Source: Malacoraja senta (taxonomy: Eukaryota). From it: 64,000 nt of DNA. The stretch spans positions 5,024,001-5,088,000 of the forward strand of contig CM075992.1 in assembly GCA_038087875.1 (NCBI GenBank). Direction: 5' to 3'. Shown in pieces: positions 47,395-60,036 of the stretch. The notes beneath the pieces are model-generated. The model saw nothing but the letters and a program-made list of their open reading frames with translations, made no database searches and was not told the DNA's origin. The position numbers and the translations under genes are program-made. Every line of letters starts with the position of its first letter. Within the stretch, counting starts at the first letter, position 1.

Positions 47395-47697
47395 GGGCGG
47401 CACGATGGCTCAGCAGTAGAGTTGCTGTCTCACAGTGCCAGAGACCTGGGTTCGATCCTGTCTCCGGATGCTTGTTTGTCCAGAGTTTGTACATTCTCAA
47501 ACGTGATCTGCGTGGGTTTTCTCCGAGATCTTCGGTTTCCTCCCACACTCCAAAGACGTACAGGTTTGTAGGTTAATTGGCCTGGTGTAAATGTAAAAAT
47601 TGTCCTTGTGTGTTAATGTGCAGGAATCGCTGGTCGATTCGGACCCGGTGGGCCGAAGGGCCTGTTTCTGCTCTGTATCTCTCAACTAAACTAAACT
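47395..47697 (+). mobile_element. HE1-like V-SINE
   Basis: Head, V-domain and (TAAAC)n tail. Confidence 0.85.
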
Positions 47698-49104
47698 TAA
47701 GACGTTGACTACGTTGAAGACTACCTCTCTACCATCTTTCCAAATCTTGCCACCACCTTGCAATAGATTGAAGGGAATAGTGGATGGCACATTGGCACAG
47801 CTGGTAGAGCTGCCCCTCTCAGCTCCTATGACCCCCATTTACTCTTGGGTCATAGAAACATACAGCGCGGAAACAGGCCATTCGGCCCAACTCGTCCATG
47901 CTGACCGAGATGCCGTATCTACTCCCATTTACTCCCATTTGGTCCTCTATATCTTTCTAAGTCTTCACAATAAGGCATTGGAAACTATTGCATCTATTTT
48001 TTTAAGCAGAGGGTGGTGGCGGGGACTGGGAATGGTGGCGGAGGCAGATGCGATAATGGCATTTAAAGACTTTTATATTGGCACATGGAAATGCAGGGAA
48101 TAGTGGGATATGGATCATGTACAGGCAGATGTGATCAGCTTAACTAGGTATCGTGTTCGGCACCAACAATATGGATCAAAGGGCCCGATCTTGTGCTGTA
48201 CTGTTCTATGTTCTAAGTGCTATGATCTATGTTTTATGTTCAATGTTCTATCCACCCAAGAGAATAAACAAGGGCCTCAGTTTTACATCTCATCCAACGT
48301 AAACCCCATCTGACAACCCCACGTGTTCGAGACTGCACAAGAGATTTAGGGGACCAATATCTGGGAGAGAAGTGACCCGACCCAAAACACCACCTCTCCA
48401 TTCCCCACCACAGATGCTGCCTGACCCGCTGAGTTACTCCAGCACTTAGTGTTTTGCTCAAGATTCCAGCATCTGCAGTTCCTCCCTTCTCCAATACTTG
48501 GGCTGCGTGTGTTGGCATTGCCTAAATGGACAATAAACAGGTATGGCTTCAAAGCCGAAACGTGTCTTGGGATGAGATTGCTGAAGAACTCCCCACTTAC
48601 GGAGATTACTTAGGAATCTATTTATCCATTCACTATTACCGAGGGAATATTTGGGCGAGGGCTGACAGAGACTTTTATCGTTTGTTACTCTGATGCGAAA
48701 GATTCAACGTCACCAAGCAAATCCCTTGTGTCCGCGTTGCTAATGTTAGCTTGTGACAGCTTTGCAGATCACAAGACCCAGAGTTCTACGCTGTGCTCAG
48801 CAATATGTGGGTGACACAGTGACGCAGCTGGTAGAGCTGCTGCCTTACAGCGACTGAGACCCAGGTTCGATCCTGACCATGGGTGCTGTCTGTACAGAAT
48901 TTGACTGGGGTGAGGTTTCCTTAGGGGGCGGCACAGTTGGTAGAGCTGGTCAGGCAGCACAGTGGCACAGCGGTAAAGTTGCTGCCTTACAAGGCAATCC
49001 TGAACTCGGGTGCTGTCAGTGTGGTGTTTGCACATTAACATAGAAACATTTTGCAGATTGTCTAATGTTGGTCGCTAACCCTTGGGATGACTAATTCAGT
49101 GTTC

Positions 49105-49421
49105 CATAGAAACATAGAAAATAGGTGCAGGAGGAGGCCATTCAGCCCTTCGAGCCAGCACCACCATTCATTGTCATCATGGCTGATTGTCCCCTATCAA
49201 TAACCCGTGCCTGCCTTCTCCCCATATCCCTTGATTCCACTAGCCCCTAATGTATCTAACTCTCTCTTAAATCCATCCAGTGACTTGACCTCCACTGCCC
49301 TCTGTGGCAGGCAATTTCATAAATTCACAACTCTCTGGGTGAAAAAGGTTTTTCTCACCTCAGTCTTAAATGACCTCCCCTTTATTCTAAGACTGTGGCC
49401 CCTGGTTCTGGACTCGCCCCA
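49105..49421 (-). mobile_element. CR1 LINE 3' fragment
   Basis: Same subfamily as 61930-62370; (CTATGTTT)n tail. Confidence 0.85.
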
Positions 49422-49699
49422 CATTCTCCTTGTGACCGCGTGTGTTTCCTCCTACATCGCACAGACGTGTAGGTTTGTAGGTTGATTGGCCTCTGTAAAT
49501 TCCCCCAAGCCAACCTGGCCAATATTTTCTCAGATTCCCCAGTGCTCATATACCTTTGTATGTTCCCAATACTCAATCACACCTTTCTGTAACGTGACCA
49601 AAATTGTACACCACCAAACTAATGTAGTGAAGAGTTCTGATGTAGTTGCACCTGCTCCTTGACTAATGAACATCATTCCATGTGCCTTCAAACAGCCTT

Positions 49700-50022
49700 T
49701 AAGGGTGGCCCAGTGGTAAAGTTGCTGCCTTACAGCGCCAGAGACCCTGGATCGATCCTGACTACGGGTGCTGTCTGTACGGAGTTTGTACATTCTCCCT
49801 GTGACCCAGTGCGTTATTTCCAGGTGCTCTGGTTTTCTCCCATACAGCGTTAAGACGTGCAGGTTTGTCGGCTAATTGGCTTCTGTAAATTGCTCCTGGC
49901 ATGCAGGATACCAAAGTGGGATAGCGTAGAACTAGAGAACAGGTGATTGATGGTCGGCGAGGACTCGGTGGGCCGAAGGGCCAGTTTCCAAGCTGTACCT
50001 CTAAACTAAGCTAAACTAAACT
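49700..50022 (+). mobile_element. HE1-like V-SINE
   Basis: Head, V-domain and (TAAAC)n tail. Confidence 0.8.
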
Positions 50023-50487
50023 ATCAAATAAACCTCCATTCACCTTGGATTAATTTACACGTAAGCAATCAGAGATGCAGCTCCCAATCCCAGGAATATT
50101 GACCAGTGGACGAGGGAATGGATAGGAAAGGTTTGGAGGGAAATGGGCCAAATTGGACTAGTTTAGATGGGCGCCTTGGTCAGCACAGACTAGTTGGGCC
50201 GAAGGGCCTGTTTCCATGCTGAATGACGATGCGTGTTTCACTTGTAGCAAGGCGCCATCAAGTGGCCACAACGTTTAACTCTCAGTCTGGAAGCCAACCG
50301 GAGATGGACATCTTGGGTCACTCTTCTGGGGGGATTTACAATCAACATGTGTGCTCCAGTTTGCTTTTCATGACCCCATCCGTTTATCTCCTGGGATGTT
50401 GAAATTGTGATCTGCTTTCAAGTCTGGCCATATCTCTGGGTGACGCCTTGCTTCCCACCAAAGGGCCATGGGCTAAGCAGGTAACGT

Positions 50488-53400
50488 TCAGTTTAGTTTA
50501 TTGTCACGTGTACCGAGGTACAGTGAAATGCTCTTTTTTACACGCTGTCCAGTCAGCGGAAAGACAACACATGATTACAATCTAGCCATTTACAGTGTGT
50601 AGATACATGATAAGGGACTAACGCAGTGGAAAGGAAGGACATTAGCTTGGAGGATGTGGAATCGGTATGGGTAGAGCTACGAAACACTAAGGGGCAGAAA
50701 ACGCTGGTGGGTGTTGTGTACAGGCCACCTAGCAGTAGTAGTGAAGTTGGGGATGGCATCAAACAGGAAATTAGAAATGCGTGCAACAAAGGCAAAACAG
50801 TTATAATGGGTGACTTCAATCTACATATAGATTGGGTGAATCAAATTGGCAGGGGTGCTGAGGAAGAGGATTTCTTGGAATGTACGAGGGATAGTTATCT
50901 AAACCAACATGTAGAGGAACCAACGAGAGAGCAGGCTATTCTAGACTGGGTATTGAGTAATGAGGAAGGGTTAGTTAGCAGACTTGTTGTGCGTGCCCCG
51001 TTGGGCAAGAGTGATCATAATATGGTTGAGTTCTTCATTAGGATGGAGAGTGACATTGTTAATTCAGAAACAACGGTTCTGAACTTAAAGAAAGGTAACT
51101 TTGAGGGTATGAGACGTGAATTGGCCAAGATTGACTGGCAATTAGTTCTAAAAGGGTTGACGGTGGATATGTAATGGAAGGCATTTAAAGACTGCATGGA
51201 TGAACTACAAAAATTGTTCATCCCAGTTTGGCAAAAGAATAAATCAGGGAAGGTAGTGCATCCGTGGATAACAAGGGAAATCAGGGATAGTATCAAAGCA
51301 AAAGATGATGCGTACAAATTAGCCAGAAAAAGCAGCATACCAGAGGACTGGGAGAAATTCAGAGACCTGCAGAGGAGGACAAAGGGCTTAATTAGGAAAG
51401 GGGAAATAGATTATGAAAGGAAACTGGCAGGGAACATAAAAACTGACTGCAAACGTTTTTATAGATATGTGAAGAGAAAGAGATTAGTTAAAACAAATGT
51501 AGGTCCCTTGCAGTCAGAAACAGGTGAATTGATCATGGGGAACAAGGTTATGGAGGACCAATTGAATAACTACTTTGGTTCCGTCTTCACTAAGGAAGAC
51601 ATAAATAATCTGCCGGAAATAGCAGGGGGCCGCGGGTCAAAGGAGATGGAGGAACTGAGTGAAATCCAGGTTAGTCGGGAAGTGGTGTTGGGTAAATTGA
51701 ATGGATTAAAGGCCGATAAATCACCAGGGCCAGATAGGCTGCATCCCAGAGTACTTAAGGAAGTAGCTCCAGAAATAGTGGATGCATTGGTGATAATTTT
51801 TCAAAACTCTTTAGATTCTGGAGTAGTTCCTGAGGATTGGAGTGTAGCAAACGTAACCCCACTTTTTAAGAAGGGAGGGAGAGAGAAAACGGGGAATTAC
51901 AGACCAGTTAGTCTAACATCGGTAGTGGGGAAACTGCTAGAGTCAGTTATTAAAGATGGGATAGCAGCACATTTGGAAAGTGGTGAAATCATTGGACAAA
52001 GTCAGCATGGATTTACGAAAGGTAAATCGTGTCTGACGAATCTTATAGAATTTTTCGAGGATGTAACTAGTAGAGTGGATAGGGGAGAACCAGTGGATGT
52101 GTTGTATCTGGACTTTCAGAAGGCGACAAGGTACCACATAAGAGATTAGGATACAAACTTAAATCACACGGTATTGGGGGTTCAGTATTGATGTGGATAG
52201 AGAACTGGCTGGCAAACAGGAAGCAAAGAGTAGGAGTAAACGGGTCCTTTTCACAATGGCAGGCAGTGACTAGTGGGGTACCGCAAGGCTCAGTGCTGGG
52301 ACCCCAGCTATTTACAATTTATATTAATGATCTGGACGAGGGAATTGAAAGCAACATCTCCAAGTTTGCGGATGACACTAAGCTGGGGGCCAGTGTTAGC
52401 TGTGAGGAGGATGCTAGGAGACTGCAAGGTGACTTGGATAGGCTGGGTGAGTGGGCAAATATTTGGCAGATGCAGTATAATGTGGATAAATGTGAGGTTA
52501 TCCACTTTGGTGCAAAAACGGGAAGGCAGACTATTATCTAAATGGTGGCCGATTAGGAAATGGGAGATGCAGCGAGACCTGGGTGTCATGTACAACCAGT
52601 CATTGAAAGTAGGCATGCAGGTGCAGCAGGCAGTGAAGAAAGCGAATGGTATGTTGGCCTTCATAGCAAGAGGATTTGAGTATAGGAGCAGGGAGGTTCT
52701 ACTGCAGTTGTACAGGGTCTTGGTGAGACCCACACCTGGAGTATTGCGTACAGTTTTGGTCTCCAAATCTGAGGAAGGACATTATAGCCATAGAGGGAGT
52801 GCAGAGAAGGTTCACCAGACTGATTCCTGGGATGTCAGGACTTTCATATGAAGAAAGACTGGATAGACTTGGCTTATACTCGCTAGAATTTAGAGATTGA
52901 GGAGGGGATCTTATAGAAAACGTACAAAATTCTTATGGGATTGGACAGGCTAGATGCAGGAAGATTGTTCCCGATGTTGGGGAAGTCCAGGACAAGGGGT
53001 CACAGCTTAAGGATAAGGGGGAAATCCTTTAAGACCGAGATGAGGAAAAACTTTTTCACACAGAGAGTGGTGAATCTCTGGAACTCTCTGCCACAGAGGG
53101 TAGTTGAGGCCAGTTCATTGGCTATATTTAAGAGGGAGTTAGATGTGGCCCTTGTGGCTAAAGGGATCAGAGGGTATGGAGAGATGGCAGGTACGGGATA
53201 CTGAGTTGGATGATCAGCCATGATCATATTGAATGGCGGTGCAGGCTCGAAGGGCCGAATGGCCTACTCCTGCACCTATTTTCTATGTATCTATGTATCT
53301 ATGTTTAGTGCAAGGTAAAAGCCAGTAAAATCCGATCAAGGATAGTCCGAAGGTCACCAAAGAGGTAGATAGTGGTTCAGCACTGCTCTCTAGTTGTGGT

Positions 53401-53546
53401 AGGATGATTCAGTTGTTTGATAACAGCTGGGAATCTGGATTTGTGCATTTTCACACTTCTGTAACTTTTGCCCGAAGGGAGAGGGGAGAAGAGGGAGTGG
53501 CCAGGGTGCGACTAGTCCTCGATTATGCTGCTGGCCTTGCCGAGGC
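50488..53546 (-). mobile_element. Rex1/Babar-type 3' end split by the 2.7-kb CR1
   Basis: 50488-50622 and 53305-53546 rejoin to match the uninterrupted copy at 6635-7032. Confidence 0.75.
50623..53304 (+). mobile_element. CR1 LINE, 5'-truncated, ORF2 (AP endonuclease + reverse transcriptase) broken by a stop and frameshifts
   Basis: VGVVYRPP, IMGDFN, LGKSDH (APE); KSPGPD, NYRPVSLTS, QHGF, GVPQGSVLGP, KFADD (RT); (CTATGTAT)n tail. Confidence 0.95.
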
Positions 53547-53722
53547 CTAGTAACGTTATCATTATGGCAAGGCTAAGACAAACACTGACTCATTGCGAGA
53601 CTCTGGCATCACTGACTTAGGAGATTGTGAGCTTACGTCTCCATCCAAGGCCACAACACTTAGGCCATCACTCCCATGGCAAGATACACTATTCATCACG
53701 TTAACTCTTGGGTGTGAAGTTA

Positions 53723-54141
53723 AATGGCACAATGGCACAGCAGTAGAGTTGCTGCCTTACAGCCCCGAATACCAAGGTTCGATCCTGACTACGGGTGCTG
53801 TCTGTGTGGAGTTTGCACGTTCTCCCTGTACAAATCCAGGCCCCTTCCTAACTGCGTGGGTTTTTCTCCGGGTGCTTCGGTTTTCCTCCCCACAGTCCAA
53901 AGATGTGCAGGTTTGTAGGTTAATTGGCTTCTGTAAATTGCCCCTAGTGTGTAGGATGCAATTTTACCAAAGCAAATTGACCTGCAAACCTGTCCGTCTT
54001 TGGAGTGTTGGAGGAAACCGGAACACCCGGAGAAAACCCACGTAGGTCACAGGGAGAATGTACAAACTTTGGGCAGACAGCACCCGTAGTGAGGATCGAA
54101 CCCTGGTCTCTTGCGCTGTAAGGCAGCAACTCTACCGCTGC
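53723..54141. mobile_element. Tail-to-tail inverted pair of HE1-like SINE parts
   Basis: Plus copy 53723-53958 immediately followed by minus copy 53960-54141. Confidence 0.8.
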
Positions 54142-54932
54142 CCCCCAGAAAATACTGTGTGGTTTGGATGCATAGAAATGCCAATAGCATTTGGTATTTG
54201 ATATTCCATGTCTAAAATTGGTGTGGTGCTTAAAATCCTTGTATTATGCAAGAGAATCTCTTGTCTAAAGCCATAGGAGGTAGCGATGATTATGCTACTG
54301 TTGGTCTACGGCTTAGAGACGCACTGTATGCCACGGATTTGGTCGACCACAGTAAAAGGATTAGATTGCAAATCATTTTTGCTTGTCACATCCCGAGTGT
54401 TCCTGGAGTGAGCTGAATGACTCCCATCTCATCCGTGTCATACCATATGACATACTGGGATGGAGAGTTGCATTAAATAGGTGAAAGTTATCTTTTATTG
54501 ATGAGGGGAGGCGCGTGCAGGAAGATTTTCAATAAGATGGTTCAGTTTAGGCAGCTTTGCTCACAGGAGCAGTCAGTTTGATTATCAGGAAGAACTGAGA
54601 TACATCAACTCCACCAGATCAATATTATACAGGGAAGATTGGTCGGCACGGTGGCGCAGTGGCAGAATTGCTGCCTTACAGCGCCAGAGTCCCGGGTTCG
54701 ATCCTGACTACGGGTGCAGTCTGTACGGAATCTGTACGTTCTCCCCGTGACCTGCGGGAGCCAGATTTATATATTTCGATATACAAACAAACATCAAGAT
54801 TGCAAAGACAAAAATAATGCCCCCACGTTTATGTAGCTCGGAGCTTGTTTCGAGGTTTTAGTGTTTAATAGCCTGACAGTTGTAGGGAAGCAGCTGTTCC
54901 TGAACCTGGGACGTTGCAGTTTTCAGGCTCCT

Positions 54933-55250
54933 CCGACCGCCGGCCTGCGGCCTACACCATCTTGAAGCCGCGGTCTCCGGTAGGGAAGCACTGATTCAGG
55001 ACTTACCTTGTCTGAACATCTGGCCACCCGCAGCGGCGACTGCGGAGGGATGTGGTCCTGACCACGGGGGAAAATGGAGGAGGACTGACTAAACGTTGTG
55101 CCTTCCACCACAGTGATGATTGCTGTGGTGGATGTTTCTGTTACATTTTTATTGTGTATAGTGTGTTCTTTTTTTTATTGTACCGCTGCTGGCAAATTCA
55201 TTTCACTGCACTTCATTGTGTACGTGACGAATAAAACTGACTTGACTTGA
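54933..55250 (+). mobile_element. 5'-truncated Rex1-tailed non-autonomous retroelement
   Basis: Interrupts a Rex1-type host at CAGGCTCCT|GTACCTTC; hairpin at 55104-55132; tail ATTTCACTG...GTGACGAATAAAAC then (TTGAC)n. Confidence 0.6.
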
Positions 55251-56698
55251 CTGTACCTTCTTCCCGAAAGCAGGAGTGAAATGAGAGCGTGGCCAGGGAG
55301 GTTTGGGTCTCTGATGATGAACAACTTAAGAAGCCCAGGACTTTATTTCAGTAAGGAGTTTATAAGCCCTGTAGTGCAATATCAAAACAATGCGCTGCTT
55401 TATTTGAACTCAGGTAAGGAAAGGTCAGCTTGTGCAGTGCAGACACAGAGAGGGGCCGAGATGTCTTCGGTCCAGAAGGTGGTGATCTGTTTAGACTGGG
55501 ATGCTGGTGGGGCTCACACCTGGTGGATCACTTCTGCCCTCTGCTGGGCTAGTTATGATAATGCAATGCATTGGTTGCTGATGCTCCAGGACTTGACAGG
55601 AATTAACCTGGAACAGAAAGACTCAGGGAAGGCGTTAAATAATCGGACCTCCCTTCAAGACCTTCATCGCGTCGTTATTCTTCATCGGTCCAAACAGGAC
55701 TGGAAATGGGAAAAATAGAATTGAATTGCAATAAACCTTGCAGAATCTGGACATAAAAGCAGAAACATGTTGGATATGTTTCTACACGGATGCTGTCTGA
55801 CCTTTTCGCCATTTTCTATTTGTATTATGGTGGGAAGAATGTAAGTCTGGTTGACATTAAGTTAGAGTCATGAAATCTAAAGAGGACTCTTTCTGTCATA
55901 GAAGTAGAGAAAGACAGAAAACAAAAGAAGGCCGCTCAGCCCATCAAGCCCATGCTAGCCGTAAGCGGACTTTAGGCTAACGCCATCTCTCAGCACTTAA
56001 TCCTAAGGTTAGGGCTGTCTGAGTCATTTTAAACATGGGAAGTGTTTTTGCCTCCACCAGCCTCTCGAGTAGTGAGTTCCAGATTCACACGGAATGGGCT
56101 AATTCTACTCCTATAACTTATGAACTTATCAACACTGACACTTATGAACACTCACTCGTCACTGGAAACATTTTCCCTTGACCCTCTCCCCCAATCCTTC
56201 CACTAATTTCCTTAATTCTAAAGGTCCTCGTTATTGTCATCTCTGCCAAGAAAGTAAGTCTTTCGTCCCTCCATCTGTTCAATAATTTCAGATAAACTAG
56301 TTACATCTCTACTCGGTCACCAGAGGAACAACCCCATCCTAACCGGGTTCTCCTAAAAGCTTACCCTCTCTAACCCGAGGTGAGGATCGAACCCAGGTCT
56401 CTGTGGTAGTGAGGCACCAGCTCCACCAGCTGTACCACTGTGCCACTGCGTCATTCTATCACTCATTCAGGCTGGTAGAGTTGCTGCCTCACCGCGCCAA
56501 AGACCCTGCTTCCATTATGACCTTGGGTTTTGTCCGCATGGTGCTTGCACGTTCTCCCTGTGACCGCGTGGGTTTCCTCCAGGTGCTCTGGTTTCCTCTC
56601 ACATCCCAAAGACATGCAGGCTTTGTAGATTCATTGGCCTCTGCAAATTGCCGCTAGTGTGCAGGGAGTGAATGAGAAAGTGCGATTTCACAGAACAA

Positions 56699-57403
56699 GG
56701 CGGTACGGTGGCGCAGCGGTAGAGTTGCTGCCTTAAGCCCCTGTCCCACTTAGGAGACCTAAACAGCAACCTCTGGTGACCTTGCCCGCCACCCAAAAAA
56801 AAAATCATGGTCGAGGTGACCTGCAACCTCCTACCACCTCTCACGCATATGTTGAAAACCTTCCTCCACTCTGAAGAAAACTGGCTTCGACTAGACCTGC
56901 GACTAAAAAATTATCGATTTATAAAACGGCAACCTATTTTTATTCGAGGCCAGTTTTAATCATGATGAAAAAATAGCAGCAACCTAGATGAAGCCTCGAC
57001 AACGTAGAAACCACTTTTGACCATTAGGGAGAGTGACCAAAACCTCCTGTGACCTCATGGAAGCCTTGGGTGGTGGGCAAGGTCACCAGAGGTTGCTGTT
57101 TAGGTCCCCTAAGTGGGACAGGGGCTTAACTCAGCGGGACAGGCAGCATCGGAGACCCGGGTTCGATCCCGACTACGAGTGCTGTCTGTACGGAGTTTGT
57201 ACATTCTCCCTGTGACCGCGTGGGTTTTCTCCGAGATCTTCGGTTTCCTCCCACACTCCAAAGACGTACAGGTTTGTAGGTTAATTGGCTTGGTGTATGT
57301 TTAAAATTGTCCCTGGTGTGTGTTAATGTGCGGGATCCGGATCGCTGGGCCGAAGGGCCTGTTTCCGCGCTTTACCTCTGAGCAAACTAAACTAAAACTA
57401 AAC
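56699..57403 (+). mobile_element. HE1-like V-SINE interrupted by a MITE
   Basis: Head 56699-56735, resumes at about 57151. Confidence 0.8.
56736..57126. mobile_element. Harbinger/PIF-type MITE (391 bp)
   Basis: About 61-bp TIR starting AGCCCCTGTCCCACTTAGG with 2 mismatches; flanked by TTA and TAA. Confidence 0.85.
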
Positions 57404-57819
57404 AAGTTATGAATGGGTGGAAATCCCATTCATACGAGGATGAAAGGATATCCGTGCTAAATCATGAAACCAAACATTACTGACCTGTCATCCTCCTTTC
57501 TTTATTTGCAGAGCATCTGCCCTCATGGCACATTTCACATCAATTGCTTCCTCTCCTATGTCCTTTACGCATTAGATCAGTTGACTTGAGGATGCTCAGA
57601 GTGACACATTAAATAAAACATTCCCCCAGTTCTCAGTGCCAACGTTATAATTCCATTGGCAGAGAGTAATTGCTCTGCCCTTTTGAGATGGATTGGCACA
57701 TGGGACAGTGTGATCAATAGTCTCCAGAAATGCTGCCTGACCATCAGAGTTGCACCAGAACTTTGTGTCCTTTTTTGTTTGTAAACCAGCATCTGCAGTT
57801 CCGTGTTTATCTGAAGTCG

Positions 57820-58113
57820 TTTAGTTTAGAGATACAGTGTGGAAACACGCCCTTCGGACAGCGATCCCTGCACTTTAACACTATCCTACACACACACGGG
57901 ACATTTTCACACATACACCAAGCCAATTAATCTACAAACCTGTATGTCTTTGGAGTGTGGGAGGAAACCGAAGATCTCGGAGAAAAGCCACGGGATCACG
58001 GGGAGAATGTACAAACTCCATACAGACAACTCCCTTAGTCGGGATCGAACCAGTGTTCCTTGCACTGTAAGCGCTGTAAGGCAGCAACTCTACCGTTGCG
58101 CCACCGTGCTGCC
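57820..58113 (-). mobile_element. HE1-like V-SINE
   Basis: Tail to head CGCCACCGTGCTGCCC. Confidence 0.8.
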
Positions 58114-58696
58114 CTATAGTGACCCCCAATGCAACAGATGAGAAGTAGTGGATGGTGGAAGTAGTATTGGAAGTAGCACAGACAAGGTAGACAGTCAGAA
58201 CCTTTTCCTGCACATCTCCTTTAAACTTTGCCCCCTCAGGCTGTAGAAAGATGCTCAGCTGGTGAATTGGGCAGAGCAATGGCAGATGGAATTTAATTAT
58301 GATAAGTACAAAAACACGATACATTTTGGGAGGTCAAATAAAGAGATAGGACCTCAGGAATATCGAGGAACAAAACGACCTTCATGTAAATTCCAATAAT
58401 TCACGAAGATATGTATAATTAAATAGGGTGGAAAAGAAAGCATACAGGATGCTAACCTTCATTATCCAGGGCATGGAATATAAGAACAGGGCAGTTATGT
58501 ACGACATTATGAAACATTGGTGAGGCCACATCTGGAACATTATGTTCATGTTTAATTAGATACAGAACATGCACAGTTTGGTTGCTCTGGAGAGAGTGGA
58601 GAGGAGACACATCCAGTTGTGGCTTGGGTGAACTGCCTCTATCATAAAGTAAAATGGGATCAACTGGGTTTCCTTTACGTATAATGGGGGGAGCAT

Positions 58697-58873
58697 TGAC
58701 AATAGACAATAGACAATAGACAATAGGTGCAGAAGTAGGCCATTCGTCTCTTCGAGCCAGCTCCGCCATTCAATGTGATCATGGCTGATCATCCCCATTC
58801 AGTACCCCGTTCCTGCCTTCTCCCTATATCCCCTGACCGCTATCTTTAAGAGCCCTATCTAGCTCTCTCTTGA
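58697..58873 (-). mobile_element. CR1 LINE 3' fragment, (CTATTGT)n tail
   Basis: GACAATA repeated four times, then CR1 3'UTR; inserted in an older CR1 (about 58250-59190). Confidence 0.85.
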
Positions 58874-59197
58874 TCTGATTGAAGGGTACAAAATGGAGGG
58901 GCGTTGATACCATAGACTAATCTCCACAGCAGGGCTGTGTATAACCAGAGGCAATTGTTTAAGGTAAGGAGTAAAAAAGAGTAAGGAGCAGATCTAAGAA
59001 ACAAATTTGGAGTTTGGAATCAATGAAATGGTGGCGAGATAGTTCTCACAACATTAAGAAGCATCTAATCGAGTGCGTGGATCACTGAGGCAGAGATGAC
59101 TACAGATAAAGCACTGGTAAATGGGATTAGTGAAGAAAGATACTTGGTGGGCATGGATGGGGTGGGCTGAAGATTCTATGACTCTGAATGTATGTTT

Positions 59198-59500
59198 GTG
59201 GCGGCACAGTGGTATAGCAGTAGAGTTGCTGCCTCACAGCGCCAGAGACCCGTGTTCGATCCTAACTACAGGTGCTGTCTGTATGGAGTTTGTACATTTT
59301 CACTGTGACTGCATGGGTTTTCTCCGGATGCTCCGGTTTCCTCCCACACCCCCCAAAGACATACAGGTTTATAGATTAATTGGCTTTGGTAAAATTGTGT
59401 AGTGTCCCTGGTGTGTAGGATAGTGCTAGTGTGTGGGCTGATCGCTGGCCGTCGCAGGCACGGTGGGCTAAAGGGCCTATTTCCATGCAGCAGCTCTAAA
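59198..59500 (+). mobile_element. HE1-like V-SINE
   Basis: Head, V-domain and tail. Confidence 0.8.
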
Positions 59501-59530
59501 GTAAAGGCTAAAGGATGGACACCAGCCTGT

Positions 59531-59580
59531 TTCAGCACCACGGATAGATACCAGTCTGTTCCAGCACCACGGACAGCTCC
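59531..59580 (+). promoter_or_regulatory. Tandem REST/NRSF binding sites (RE1/NRSE x2)
   Basis: TTCAGCACCACGGATAGATAC (59531-59551) and TCCAGCACCACGGACAGCTCC (59560-59580) versus consensus TTCAGCACCnnGGACAGCGCC. Confidence 0.75.
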
Positions 59581-59688
59581 ATGCAATCTCCTGCTTACCC
59601 ACGACAATTAAACAGACAGCTCCAAGTACATTTTGTGTACCTTCCATTTTCCAGCATCTGCAGTTCCTTCTTTAACAGCTCCAAGTAA

Positions 59689-60036
59689 AGGGCCTGTCCC
59701 ACTTTCATGACCTAATTCACAACCTTTTTTACTCGTGGACATTTTTCATCAGGCTAGAAAAAACGCCCCGACCTCCTTGATGCCACGAGTACCTACGACT
59801 AGCATCACGACCTGCCTACGACCCACCTACGACCTCGTGACGACCATGCTGCGAGTATGAGTCAAGGGCAAACTCGGCAGAGGTCCTGAATTAGGTCGTG
59901 AAAGTGGGACAGGCCCTTTAGTTTAGGTTAGAGAGATACAGCGTGGAAACAGGCCCTTCGGCCCAACAAGTCCACCTACACCAGCGATCACCCATACACT
60001 ACTATCCTGCACACTTGTGAAAGTGGGACAGGCCCG
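59689..60036. mobile_element. Composite Harbinger-type MITE with captured SINE flank and a second right TIR
   Basis: TAA at 59686-59688 and 60037-60039; core 59689-59917 homologous to 13351-13588; 59918-60015 homologous to 13589-13686; extra TIR GTGAAAGTGGGACAGGCCC at 60017-60035. Confidence 0.85.

Noticed and set aside
50626..53204. Intact autonomous CR1 or domesticated RT gene
   Set aside because: 5'-truncated, with a stop at 51172-51174 and several frameshifts.
59521..59580. CRISPR-like repeat-spacer pattern
   Set aside because: Only two adjacent 29-bp units, no unique spacers, vertebrate context and no cas genes.
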